DNA of 64,000 bases from Antedon mediterranea (GCF_964355755.1 NC_092672.1:33982437-34046436); one strand, 5' to 3'; shown: positions 39,186-53,156, numbered from the stretch's first letter. Program-made: numbers and translations. The notes: generated by a model not told the origin, from the sequence alone.

Positions 39186-40073
39186 CAAGCTTATATAAAA
39201 TGTATTTTAAAGTATATCTGTGCCAGTATGCTATTATGCACAAGTTCAAACATACAGACCACTATTTTGAAAGCAAAACATATTTCAGTTATCTTTTCAT
39301 TTCATGGTGCGTTAAGTTGTGCTGTTCCACTTAATTCCATACTTTAAAAACACAAAGTTTTAAAGAGACAAAGTTTTAAAGAGAATGTAAAACATAATGT
39401 ATTGCATCCAACATTTGAATATTGTGTCGCTAGAAAATAAAATATTTATGTAATAATACTACACTAGTAGTTGTGATTGTGGTTTCTTTATTAGTTTTCT
39501 TGGTAACTTGTCGAAATGTGATGTATGTAATCAATTATTGTGTAGCTTTATTAACTTGCTTGCTTTCCAATCCAAGGTCCAGGGTTCGATCTTGACCTAG
39601 TGCCAGGATTGTAACTCATGTCTCTTTCACCTCCGTCCTTAATCCTCAAATGAAACTTAGTTTATAAGCACGATAAATAAGAAAATAGTTTATCCATCCT
39701 GTAATTGGCGAGTTTGTGCTCGCTGTTAGATGCCTATGAAAAGTGTTTGGCCAGACGAATGATGCAGTCTAATATTAGCATGTTGGTGGGCAGGACAACC
39801 AGTTTGGTATATTAAACCTGTATGTTTATTTTGTGCGGGTTGTTATGTAATCAAGGTAAATATGATATTTCTATGCCTTTCTGTTCATTTTATATTGTGT
39901 ATAATACATACATATATCGTGAATTTTAAATTATAGAAACTTATAACTACTGTCATTGCAATATTTCACAAACAATAAAATAGCGGCATAGACACATCAC
40001 AGCTTTCAATTATAAAGCAGTCAGAAGCTGGAGTTCTTGAAACAACATGTTCTCTTTGTTTATTTCAACCAGA

Positions 40074-43000
40074 TCATGTGCGGAAGGTAAAGTAACCAAA
40101 CTGATTCTTGTAATTAAAAGGCTTTTGACGATCTTTTCCCCTGAAAAAGAATAAAATGCTTTTTAAATTTAATAAAAGTGATGTTTTGTTTTATTAATAG
40201 ACTGCTTAGACTAAATATATAATTAAATTTTGGGATTGATCATGTTAACCTTCATGTTAAATTTGGTTTTACAGTAACAAAATACAAAGCTCTGTCTATG
40301 TTTAGTATGAATTCCAGCATACGGATTGATGCCATTCAGAACTTGGGTAAAGTTCTGTCTACACTATCAAACTTTATGTGACAAGAAAATGTGATGTGCC
40401 CATATAGGGACACGATGATGTCATATCACTACATATTTGGGCATGTCACACTTTTTTGTTTGATAGTGTACACAGAGCTTTACACCATGTTTGAACAATT
40501 TTTGTTTATTACCTTGACAGTCTAGGAAACATCTTCTCCTTGGCAAATTCAATCGGTCCTTCTCTACCCTTGGCTGCAGATTCAGTCTCCACATAAACAT
40601 CTAAACACATCAAGAGACGCTGCAGCTGATTGGATAGAATATGATCACATGATTTTTCTACAGCAAATTCCTTGTAGAATACATTGACCTCACTCTCCAT
40701 ATCCTAAAAAATAATTTTGTGATTATAATCATTATCTCATTAAGTTTAATGCTAGCATTTAGCTTAGCTTTAAAAAATAAAGTGAAGAGAAATATTTTAA
40801 TAATCTACATACCCTGATAGCATTATTATTTCCAGCGTAATGCTCTCCTTTCCAAGACAAATTCAGGACAAAATAGGGCACTTTTATTGGATAGTCTAGG
40901 CCTAGGATGACAGCAGCCTTCAACCTAGCTGAACCTTGTTCAATTATAGCCATAAAGAACATGTTTAACTCCTTTGGTGCAATCTTTTCATTCACATCTT
41001 GGGTAAATGGTAGGGCTTGGAAATCTTCAGATGTTATTAACTTCCACGAGACAAGTTTAGATGATATTTTAGCTGGGAATAGTGACTGGCAACTGCTGGG
41101 TACTGTGATGTTACGGCGCTCTAAACAAAAAGAAACCAATTTAGTTAAAATCTAATTATTTTAATAAAAAAAGGCATGGCTCATAGAAATATAAAGCTCT
41201 GTCTACACTATCAAACTTTATGTGAAAACAAAATGTGATGTGCCCATGATGATGTCATATCACTAGGCAAGGATTGACCCCGGACATTGGGATTGGAAGG
41301 CAAGCATAAGGTACAGTTTCACTACTCAAATTACAAGAAACAAACCTACCAAGGGCTGCAAGTTGTTTGTTCAGTGCTAGCCTAGCAGCAATCCTTCTCT
41401 TTATGGCGTTGATGGTGGATTCTATGTGGCTTACGCTGATTGATGACGCTGGTTTAACATCATTTCTTTCGCCATCAGTTTCCAGGAAATCAAGACCACA
41501 AAGATGTTGCACCCAACGATATGGATGCCCAATGACACTGATGAATGAACTCAATGAATTTAATCTGCAATAAATGTAAAGAAATGATATAATCATAAGA
41601 TTAAATTGATTGATTGTTTATCAATTAAAGAAAACAGTCAATGGAAAAATGGCAAAAAGCTTCCTACTTTCTAGGAGTTTTATCAGATAATCTATATTGT
41701 TTTGAAAACTCTTATAACATGACCACAGTGCTGATTTTGCCATTGTTCCCCTAACTGAAAAGGGGAATTCCAGAAGAAGCAACCTGTGATAACAAGAAGC
41801 TTACATTATTAACTTACCCTAGTTTGTTTAATTGGTAATAGTTAGCAGGATTTGGTGATTCAGTACCGTGGTCACCAGGAAATAGACCTTTCAGGAGTGT
41901 GTTGGTGCTCAGAATATCACTGAAAAGTAAAAAATAACAGAATATGTGTTAATATGATTAAATGCTGTAATGACTGAGATATAAGCCCATGGGGTTAAGT
42001 CTGGGTGAATGGGCTTAATCATGAGATCTAAAATGCAGTGAGTTTGTGTAATATCAAAATGGATCACTTGCATGCAAAGGAGTACATAACAAATGTGGTG
42101 TTGTTAGTCAATGAGTACCTTAATTAACTAACATCCATCGAACACCATCCTCATAAGGTACAATACAAGTACCAATCAAACACTCCACCAAAGAAGGGGT
42201 TCATGGATTGTACCATTTAACCAAGGCAATCTAACAGGATGCTGAGCTCTGGAGATCAAAGGGTTTATTTGTGGCTGCGACATGATCAGTCATCGCTCGC
42301 CACAGAGAATATGTATACAGTACTGTTGGTATTTGTCGCAGCCAGACATAAAAACAAAGGACTGTTACAATTTCCTATCTTGGAAAGGCAAGCTCATTGT
42401 CATGTTGCTAGATTTGCCTTGCATTAACCGAATGACATGAAAATAACTACAATTTTACCAGATTTTCCACTATGCGAATTTGTTCGCGCGAATCGAAAGC
42501 GTCCGGTCATACGAATGCGTATTCATGCTTCCATCTCACAAATCCCTCTCTACGCATGCGTATAAGCCGACGTTGTCGATTCGCTTGAACAAATTCTCTT
42601 AGTGTATATTCGGATTTAGTCTTGTACCTACTCTACAGTCGCAAGAAACCCATGTAACCCAAACATAGAAACTTACCTTGAATTTGAAGCATTTGTGCCA
42701 CATTGCATGTTGATCATTACAGTTGTAATTTGCAGGACTGACAAATAACTAAATGTTAGGATTAATGTAACGTCATCTGAAAACAAATGTATACAGTACG
42801 TTTTATTTTTTAAATATTTTTTTTTACTTATCCGTTTGTTTTTTTTCCCCGTTTATTTCCCGGATGTATAATTTTTACCGTTTTAAATACTTTTATCGTT
42901 TTATACATTTTAATGTAAATACACAGTAATTCAGCTTCGGCTGCGATAGTGATATTGAATAAAAAAAAAGAAATCAGTCCAATATTTTGTTAAAAGTAAT

Positions 43001-46000
43001 ATTACTTTTTAGTAAGCTACATCTCTGCTATATATAAATTTATTAGGTAAGTCAAATGTTAGTCTAACCTTTACATTTAATCGTCATGACAACAGAAAGT
43101 GGATGTTTCCTTAATGTCTTCTGTCTCTTCTCTTCCATTACATTTCCAATTGTTTTTCTTCTTCTTTTCTGTTTTAGGAAAAACAAACAAATTGTTATTG
43201 TATTGTAAAGTAAAACAATATTTATGTTTGGTATCTCACCCTTTAAAGATGCCCCTCCTAAGTGAAGGATGTTGTCAAAATACTCCTATAGATCAAATGG
43301 GATTTAAATGATTTTTGTAAATAAAACATTATACGTACAGATTTGGATAATTCCTCATTGTCAGAATCACTGTCTGAATCTAAATCAGGAGTAGCAGTCT
43401 CGTCAGAAAGTGCACTTTCTTTGTCGCCTTCAATCTTTAATGAAATATTTTCATCTAAAAAGAAATAATACAAAATGTGTAAAGCTCTGTCTACCCTATC
43501 AAACTTTATGTGACAAAAAATGTGACGTGCACATATATGGACATGGTGATGTCATATCCCTACCATATTTAAGCTTATCACTACCATATTTGGGCACATC
43601 AAACTTTTTTTTCAAACTAGTTTGATAGTGTAGACAGAGCTTTAGATGGTATAATTATCAGAAAAAAGGGGTTTGTTAATAATATTAGTTATTTGAGTTA
43701 TGTAGTTGTATAGATAATCTACAGTATATATTGTTAGGATATTGAATATAATAGTGTTTGTAGTATTTGGTATGTGTTATACAACAAATTTCTAATGATA
43801 TTTTTTTTAAAGGCGATAAATGCTACAAAAGCAGAACATTCATATTGTTGCATGTTTAAAGTTCTTACCACATGCTTCATGATAAGCATTAGCCTGTACA
43901 TACAAAATATACAAAGGTCTTGGTAGAAGCTTAGCCATCTGATGCTGTGATCGTATTGACTCCAATGGCATTGACAAGTACTCCTGCACTGGCAATGTTG
44001 ACTGAAATAATAATAAATATTGCACTTGTTTAATATCCTACTAATATTGTACTTGGTTAAAGATGTATTGTCCTCTAAAAAAAAAATTTTTTTAATTTTT
44101 GTTGTTGAATATGTCATTTTAATGTCACATAATAGTTATTCACTTTGAACAAAAATTTCAATGGAAAAAAAATTATTTACCTGAAAAAACTAATTTAAAG
44201 CAAAAAAATGGTCACATTGGCAATGAGTTTTTGGTTGAATTTGACAATTTATTTTGTCATTTTAGATGAGAAAACATTTTAGTCTGATTTTAATGTTTTT
44301 AGGACAATGTATCTTTAATAAAAGATGACAGTATTAAATTACACTGGCCCACTTGAGACACACACCTGGACCACGACAGGAATAAATAGCTAGCACAAAA
44401 TAGTAGAACAAATAAGGTAGTGATATGACATCATCATGTCCATATATGTGCACATCACATTTTTTTGTCACATAAAGTTTGATAGTGTAGACAGGAGCTT
44501 TAAACATTTTACTGCATTACAAATGCAAACACTAAAGAATGATGTTACCTGTAAAATAGTATCCAGCATTGGCTGTAGGCTCTCAAGATATTCTTTCTTT
44601 TGTTCAATTTCTTTTACTATTTCATTCTTCTTTTCCTGAAATTCTTTGAATTTCTCAGACAAACTGATAAAAAGCAGGAAAATAAGTATCAGTTACAAAT
44701 GGATGTACTAGGGTGTTGTACTAGGGTGTGCCCAACTTAATTTTCGGTAATTGGGTGTGTTTCCCTAATTTTTATATCTTAATTAAACCATTATATTTTA
44801 GATATTTTAATAACATATTTTATTTGTTTTTTATATAATTTCTTCTTGTAGGAGGAATACAGTAAATGTTCTGAATCTTGAATATTAGTGTTTTAACAGA
44901 TTGTGACTTGGCAATGTTCTTCTTTCTTTGGCAAAATACCTCTTTCTTTGTTGTAATTCCCAATCCAATCTGGCAAGTCTTTGGGAATGGATATCCGCTT
45001 TAGTGATATTTGGGTTTGAAACTTCTTTTGGGGCTTCGTGATAAAAATCATCCACATCTACTAGTTCAATATCTTCATCTGTTGATCTGAAAAAAACCCA
45101 AAACATTTTTTTTTATTATAGAAATGATAAACTATTGTTTTTCACACAAAGATACTTTGACATGAAATTATTCTAGTGGGTTTATACTCAGCCTGGGTGG
45201 GGTTACATCAGAAAAGGACAGTAGTAAATATTACCCTTTTATATGATATATTTTTTATTGTTGTATCTACAGTAGAATCCTCATTATTTTTTTTTTATTT
45301 ATTTATTTATTCAATTTCTGCCATATACATAACAAAGAAGACAAAACAATTATAAAAGGAGGCACGGAAAGACCAAACAGGTGCTAAACACCTATGCTAG
45401 TTGGTCAACCTGGATACCTTAAGGAAAAAACAAAATGTCTCCTTAATATGGGTGTACCTGAATAGGGGATTCTCGCAGTGTTAAAACCTATATTGGCCCT
45501 TGTTGGTTTCACAGGAAAGTGTCGTCTATAGGGAGTATCAGCTCTGTCACACTATCGAACTAGTCTGACAAAAAAAAGTGTGATGTGTCCAAAGGGATGG
45601 TAGTTCATCATATGGCATCATCATGTCCATATATGGGCACATCACATTTTTTGTCGCATAAAGTTTGATAGTGTAGACAGAGCTTAAGATATAAAGCTTG
45701 TGTTGTCTTACTTAAACTCCAAACACTTTGTAATCTCCTTCTGAAGGTGCATGACTTCATACAGAAGGTTCTGTAGTTGCAGATGAAGGACATCAACTTT
45801 CTCTTTGGCCTCCTCCGTCGAATCTCGTGCCTTTTTGTTGTGAATATGAGCTAAGCGGTTCAACTTCTTCATGGCAATGAAATGTAAAACAGCCTCCATT
45901 CGTTTCTCAGTTATCTTTTCTGTTACCTATCAAAAAAATTGCATCCGTTAATGTTAATCTGTTGTTTTTTTAGGTTTATATCTAGAAGTCAAAATAGGAA

Positions 46001-46863
46001 CTTTGAACTTAATAATCTTAAATGCTTGAAAGAATCATTTTACTGCTTTGTGTACATACAAGATGCAATGATATAGTTTGTTGAAATAAGTGTATATGAT
46101 TGGACAATTTATGGAAGTGTGCATATCTGTGCACTGTGTTTAATCAAGGAAGATTAATTTACTCTTCTCTGATTTAATTTAATCAAAACAAAAAAGTTAA
46201 GTTGTTTTGAAAGTTTCTATTTTTTTTTTATTAAAAGAACCCAATTTACATTTGCAGAGCTACCAGTTTTCATTTCATATATGTCTTTCATGATATTGCG
46301 AAGTTCCTGACAGTTTGATTGAAAGAATTCCAAGTCTTTTTGTGGATCACGCAGTTCAACTTCCACTTCCTCATGATGTACCTGAAAAAATATAGAATGA
46401 CACTCTCTGTTTGTTAAAATAATATAGATAATAAATAGGCCTACTACTAGACACGTACTACTTGGCCTAGTACTTCTACTACTAATATTTAAATCAAATA
46501 AAACACAACTATTATAGATAGTAAGTATTACTATTAATCTTGTTTTTTGTTTTGTATGCTGATTCAGGGCCTAGGCCTAAGCTGATTAGGCTTACTATAA
46601 AAAAAAGAGCTAGGCCTAGCTAGCCTATTTATGATACTGTACTTCGAGTCTAGACTGGTAGAGGCCAGCTAAAGCTAGCGCGCCTGTATCTCATCAACTC
46701 GCTAGTCTACTGCTGCTGCTGCTTGGCTTACCTGTTGTTTTGTTTGATCACTTGAGGTTGAACGCTTAATTTTCTTGGATTCTTTTGAAGAACCAGAAAT
46801 AACGACGGATCTAGTACTTTCACTACTCGCTTCTACAATTCTCCTTTTCTTTTTTTCAGACAT
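40074..46863 (-). CDS. THOC5: THO complex subunit 5. Exons: 46732-46863, 46250-46381, 45712-45926, 44940-45086, 44549-44663, 43869-44001, 43339-43454, 43069-43168, 42677-42776, 41818-41919, 41350-41564, 40813-41120, 40513-40703, 40074-40140
   Basis: [93 protein letters not shown] and [18 protein letters not shown] are THOC5/FMIP hallmarks; all introns are GT-AG. Confidence 0.95.
42458..42614. mobile_element. Palindromic MITE remnant in a THOC5 intron
   Basis: CACTATGCGAATTTGTTCGCGCGAATCG…CGATTCGCTTGAACAAATTCTCTTAGTG. Confidence 0.6.
43483..43641. mobile_element. Family-A MITE, full copy in a THOC5 intron
   Basis: TAA|AGCTCTGTCTACCCTATCAAACT…AGTTTGATAGTGTAGACAGAGCT|TTA. Confidence 0.88.
44061..44314. 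mobile_element. Kolobok-like MITE (short, uninterrupted copy) in a THOC5 intron
   Basis: TTAA|AGATGTATTGTCCT…AGGACAATGTATCT|TTAA; AG..CT termini with a TTAA TSD. Confidence 0.8.
45540..45684. mobile_element. Family-A MITE, full copy in a THOC5 intron
   Basis: AGCTCTGTCACACTATCGAACT…AGTTTGATAGTGTAGACAGAGCT|TAA. Confidence 0.85.
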
Positions 46864-47399
46864 TTTCGCCTTTTTACCCACCAAAAAGAAGCAGCAACGG
46901 CCGGTTGTTAAAATAAAAGAAATTGAACGTTATGCATGAGTGAGTAAACCACGTTCTTCAATACTGCCCTCTCTGGAGGGACATTTTTTTCATCCAGGCT
47001 GAGCTATATATCCAATACCAAATTGGCGAGTAAATCATGTTTTACTTTAAATTAAATTTATACGCTCTTCCACAAGGTCAATTGTTAGTTATACATACAG
47101 ACTATATTAAAACAATGATTTTGAACACGTAGGGCATTTCTTTGAATTCTTTCCTATTGTCGTTTTGTGGTAATTTACAGCTTTTTATATGTTTAACAAA
47201 CGTACATAATCAATTGCGTCTGCATCATGCTAGACTACAACTTCCGGTAGTGACGTAATCAGCATATTTTTGGTAATAAAACTTTTTCACTAAGCTAGGG
47301 AATCTTCTGATATCAATATTCATTAGACCGTACTTTAGTTAGCCAATCAAAATAAACGTATAAACAATTTTGCGGCGATGTTGTTGAGGTAAAATATAC

Positions 47400-49700
47400 T
47401 GTGTTTTACAATAACCAATTTGGTTAGAGTAAAACACAATGATAAAGAATAGGAAACATTTAATAATATGATAAATGTCATTTACATAGCAATTTAGCAC
47501 TGTGTTTTACTATAACCAATTTGGTTAAAGTAAAGCAGAATGATAAAGAATAGGAATTTATTAATATGATATATGACATTTACATAGCAATTTAGCACTG
47601 TGTTTTACTATAACCAATTTGGTTAGAGTAAAACAGAATGATAAAGAATAGGAAATATTTAATAATAATGATAAATGACATTTACATAGCAATTTAGCAC
47701 TGTGTTTTACTATAACCCATTTAGTTAAAGTAAAGCAGAATGATAAAGAATAGGAATTTAATAATATGATATATGACATTTACATAGCAATTTAGCACTG
47801 TGTTTTACTATAACCAATTTGGTTAGAGTAAAACAGAATGATAAAGAATAGGAAATATTTAATAATAATGATAAATGACATTTACATAGCAATTTAGCAC
47901 TGTGTTTTACTATAACCCATTTGGTTAAAGTAAAGCAGAATGATAAAGAATAGGAATTTAATAATATGATATATGACATTTACATAGCAATTTAGCACTG
48001 TGTTTTACTATAACCAATTTGGTTAGAGTAAAACACAATGATAAAGAATAGGAAATATTTAATAATAATGATTATTTACATAGCAATTTAGCACTGTGTT
48101 TTACTATAACCAATTTGGTTATAGTAAAACACAATGATATAGAATAGGAAACATTTAATAATATGATAAATGACATTTACATAGCAATTTATCACTGTGT
48201 TTTACTATAACCAATTTGGTTAGAGTAAAACACAATGATAAAGAATAGGAAACATTTAATAATAATGATTATTTACATAGCAATTTAGCACTGTGTTTTA
48301 CTATAACCAATTTGGTTATAGTAAAACACAATGATAAAGAATAGGAAACATTTAATAATATGATATATGACATTCACATAGCAATTTAGCACTGTGTTTT
48401 ACTATAACCAATTTGGTTAGAGTAAAACACAATGATATAGAATAGGAAACATTTAATAATTTGATAAATGACATTTACATAGCAATTTAGCACTGTGTTT
48501 TACTATAACCAATTTGGTTAAAGTAAAACACAATGATAAAGAATAGGAAACACTTAATAATATGATAAATGACATTTACATAGCAATTTAGCACTGTGTT
48601 TTACTATAACCAATTTGGTTAAAGTAAAGCAGAATGATAAAGAATAGGAAATATTTAATAATAATGATTATTTACATAGCAATTTAGCACTGTGATTTAC
48701 TATAACCAATTTGGTTATAGTAAAACACAATGATATAGAATAGGAAACATTTAATAATATGATAAATGACATTTACATAGCAATTTATCACTGTGTTTTA
48801 CTATAACCAATTTGGTTATGGTAAAGCACAATGATATAGAATAGGAAACATTTAATAATATGATAAATGACATTTACATAGCAATTTAGCACTGTGTTTT
48901 ACTATAACCAATTTGGTTAAAGTAAAACATAATGATAAAGAATAGGAAACATTTAATAATAGGATAAATGACATTTACATAGCAATTTATCACTGTGTTT
49001 TACTATAACCAATTTGGTTATGGTAAAGCACAATGATATAGAATAGGAAACATTTAATAATAATGATTATTTACATAGCAATTTAGCACTGTGTTTTACT
49101 ATAACCAATTTGGTTAGAGTAAAACACAATGACAAAGAATAGGAAACATTTAATAATAATGATTATTTACATAGCTAGCAATTTAGCACAATGTTTTACT
49201 ATAACCAATTTGGTTATGGTAAAGCACAATGATATAGAATAGGAAACATTTAATAATATGATAAATGTCATTACATAGCAATTTAGCACTGTGTTTTACT
49301 ATAACCAATTTGGTTAGAGTAAAACACAATGATTAAGAATAGGAAACATTTAATAACATGATAAATGACATTCACATATAAATTTAGCACTGTGTTTTAC
49401 TATAACCAATTTGATTAGAGTAAAGCACAATGATAAAGAATATGAAACATTTAATAATATGATAAATGACATTTACATAGTAATTTATCACTGTGTTTTA
49501 CTATAACCAATTTGGTTAGAGTAAAACATTTTAACTATGATAAATGATATTTAGCACTGTGCTGGATACAGTAAAACACAAATTAAGAATAGGAAACATA
49601 TAATAATATGATACATTTACATACAAATTTAGTATTGTGTTTTACTATAGCCAATTTGGTTACAGTAAAACACAATGATAATGAAACATTTATTATATGA
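47400..49700 (+). repeat. Tandem array of about 23 units of ~100 bp, each holding a 39-bp palindrome (left arm)
   Basis: TGTGTTTTACTATAACCAATTTGGTTAGAGTAAAACACA recurs at 47501, 47599, 47701, 47799 and onward (98/102-bp alternation at the start). Confidence 0.95.
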
Positions 49701-49764
49701 TATTATTTACATAGCAAAATATTATATTAAACATATCTTATTATCTAAACGTTATGAAAAGAAT

Positions 49765-51610
49765 AGGATACATATAATGTAATAATATAATAAATACAAG
49801 TTACATAGTTTATCATCTTGTTTTACAGAACCAATTTGGTGACACAGTTAAACACAGTGATAAAGAATAGATACTGTTTTAGGTTATATAACCCTAACCC
49901 TAGTTTGAAGCGACATAATAAATTCATCGCGAAAAAGTACGTATCGTATTTAGAAACTTTTGAAATTTGTTAGATATGTTTAATAGGTTCTTACGTCTAT
50001 AAAACAAACAAAAAATATAAATTTCACAAAAAATTCGTGATTTTAATAATTTGCATTTCTAAAAATGTACACTTATGAAATACCATACATTTTCCAACAC
50101 ATTTTTACTTCATTGATGATTCCCAGAAATCAAAATAAAACAAATTATGATATTTCTTTTACATTATAGATGTAAGAACCTATATTGAACATGTACCAAA
50201 TTTCAAACGTTTTTTAAGACGATACATATTTTTATCGATGAATTAAGCATGTGATCGCTTCAAACTAGGGTTAGGGTTAAATAACCTAACAGTTCATTCT
50301 TTAACACTGTGTTTAACTTTTAACCAAATTGGTTTTAGTACAACACAATGATAAACTATGTACATTTTATTTTTCATATTACATTATAGGATACATATAA
50401 TGTAATAATAATAAATACAAGTTACATAGTTTATCATCTTGTTTTACAGAACCAATTTGGTTACACAGTTAAACACAATGATAAAGAATAGACACTGTTT
50501 TAGGTTATATAACTCTAACCCTAGTTTGAAGCGATCACATACTTAATTCATCGCGAAAAAATACGTATCGTATTCAGTAACATTTGAAATTTGGTAAATA
50601 TGTTCAATAGGTTCTTACGTCTATAAAACAAACAAAAAATAAAAGTTTCAAGACAAATTCGTGATTTTAATAATTTGCATTTCTAAACATTTACACTTAT
50701 GAAAGACAATACATTTCCAACACATTTTTACTTCATTGATGATTCTCAGAAATCAAAATAAAACTATTAGGATATTTCTTTTGCATTATAGATGTAAGAA
50801 CCTATATTGAACATATCTACCAAATATCAAACGTTTTTCAAGACGATACGTATTTTTAGCGATGAATATTAAATATGTGATCGCTTCAAACTAGGGTTAG
50901 GGTTAAATAAACTAAAACAGTTCTATTCTTTATCACTCACTGTGTTTAACTTTTAACCAAAATGGTTATAGTAAAACACAATGATAAACTTATATGTCAA
51001 TTTTATTTTTCATAACATAAAATGTTTGATATTCTTTATAATATTTAATATTATATTTTAGGCCTACTATTAATGACGTATAAATGCACACTACATCTGA
51101 AATAACTTTCTACTTCATTGGCGATTCTTACCAAAAAAAAGAACTAATTTTGTTATGTATATAGAGCAACCTATTATAACATGTCTTGTATGATTTTTAT
51201 CTCGTTTCAATGACATTTTATACTACAATTCAAATGAAAAAGCATCACAAAAAAATACGTCTGGTATTCAAAAAGTTTCTAAACTCGGTACACAGAAAAA
51301 AGGAAATGTTGAAAATGTATGGTCTTTCATAAGTGTGAATTTTTTGAAATGCAAATAATGGAAATCATCGATTTGTCTTGAAATTTATAATTTGTTTTGT
51401 CTTATTGAACATATCTATACAAAATGTTAAACGTTTCTGAATACGATACGTTTTTTTTCTCGATGAATTTATAATGTCGCTTCAAACTAGAGGGTAGGGT
51501 AGTAACCTAACAAGTATCTATTCTTTATCACTATGTTTAACTGTGTAACCATATTGGTTCTAATAAAAAACAATGATAAACTATGTAAATTGTATGTTTC
51601 ATATATTACA
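49765..51610. repeat. Two tandem ~620-bp self-palindromic modules plus a diverged inverted partial copy
   Basis: TAGGATACATATAATGTAAT starts at about 49765 and 50387. Each module has ACCCTAACCCTAGTTTGAAGCGA…TCGCTTCAAACTAGGGTTAGGGT arms. Confidence 0.85.
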
Positions 51611-52233
51611 TTTTTGCCAAAAAAAATTATTGGGAATGTCAAATTTCTTTTTCATGACATATATCTACAAATTTCAGAAGCTTTTGAGTACGAGTATTTT
51701 ACGCGATGTTTTTTTATCCTCATTTTAATATTTTGGTAATGTAATTCACATAAAGTTTTTGTATCCAAAAATTGTTTATTCTTGGGTAGAAATGAGGAAA
51801 TAAATAGTATTCCTGTATAATATAATAATCAATAATAAAGTATAAAAAAAAGTGTTGTGTAAACGAACGTTTTTTACGCTTCGAATTTTCTGTTACATTA
51901 TGTTTGAATTGAAGCTACAGATATTGAATCATGGACCTATAAATTAGTAATTTATAGGTCCATGATTGAACATATCGTCACTCACCACACATTTTTTGTT
52001 TTGTATTTCGAAAGTATTTATTCTAAAGAACAATTGATGCAAACATCAACTGCGTATCTTATTTCATTAATTAATTATATTAATTATAATTTGGTGATTA
52101 TTCGTCACACGAAGAGTCGAATATCGATTCGTCTCGTCATGGGAAGAAAACGTGCATTGCGTACACTGTTTACGCGCCTCAACAATAAACGGCGAATATG
52201 CGATTCGTCACTTATGGAACGCCGTTTTACACA

Positions 52234-53156
52234 AGTTTTTGGCGATGATAAAAATTGCGTCGATGATGAAATTGCGTCGATGAAAATTGCATCGACGCAA
52301 TGTAGATTGCGTCGATGCAATGTAGATTGCGTCGAGGCAATTTACATTGCGTCGATGAAAATTGCATCGATGAAAATTGCGTCGATGAAAATTGCGTCGA
52401 TGAAAACTGCATCGATGAAAATTGCGTCGATGAAAACTGCATCGATGAAAATTGATGTGATGAATTTAATTGATTATGAAAATTCCAAATGGTTTTAATT
52501 CAATCAATGATGAAAATGACTACTAGTAAAGTAAATGATGATGTTAATAATGATGTTAATAATGTTATTATGTTGCTAAAAATTGACGGTTTCTGAATAT
52601 TTTGATATGATAAACATGTTTACCGCTTGCGCTAGCGCGCGTTATAGACAAGCGCACAGTGATCGCGCACTAAAACAATGTTGAAATATATGCACTGATT
52701 AACATTTTAGTGATTTATTGTCAACACATTTTAGCAATGGATCCATTATTGTCCTTTCGGACACATTATATCTTCTAGCTAATTGCTTCCGTTAATCCAC
52801 CAGTTCAGTACATAAAATCCAGATGTCCAGCATCCATGACATCATATTCAAATCATACCGGCAGGGAGATCGAAATTTTCATCGATGAAAACTGCATCGA
52901 TGAAAATTATTTTTTTTTTTCATCGATGCAGTTTTCATCGATGCAGTTTTCATCGACGCAATTTTCATCGACGCAATTTTCATCACATTAACGCAATTTT
53001 CATCACATTAACGCAATTTTCATTACATCGACGCAATTTTCATCGACGCAATGTTCATCACATCATTACATCAATACTATATTCATCGACGCAATTTTCA
53101 TCACATCGACGCAATTTTCATTGCATCATCGACGCGATTTTATCATCGCCTAAACT
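52234..53156. repeat. Inner foldback with inverted arrays of a 15-bp unit GATGAAAATTGCGTC
   Basis: Left array at about 52240-52455 and inverted array at about 52875-53150. Outer ends AGTTTTTGGCGATGATAAAA and TTTTATCATCGCCTAAACT are complementary. Confidence 0.88.

Noticed and set aside
39560-39610. tRNA gene
   Set aside because: A B-box-like GGTTCGATC is present, but no cloverleaf or acceptor stem; more likely a decayed SINE head.
47400-49700. CRISPR-like array of palindromic repeats
   Set aside because: The sequences between palindromes are themselves repeated rather than unique spacers, there are no cas genes, and the context is eukaryotic.
49890-50905. Interstitial telomere or chromosome fusion site
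   Set aside because: Only about two TTAGGG units per site, embedded in repeat modules.
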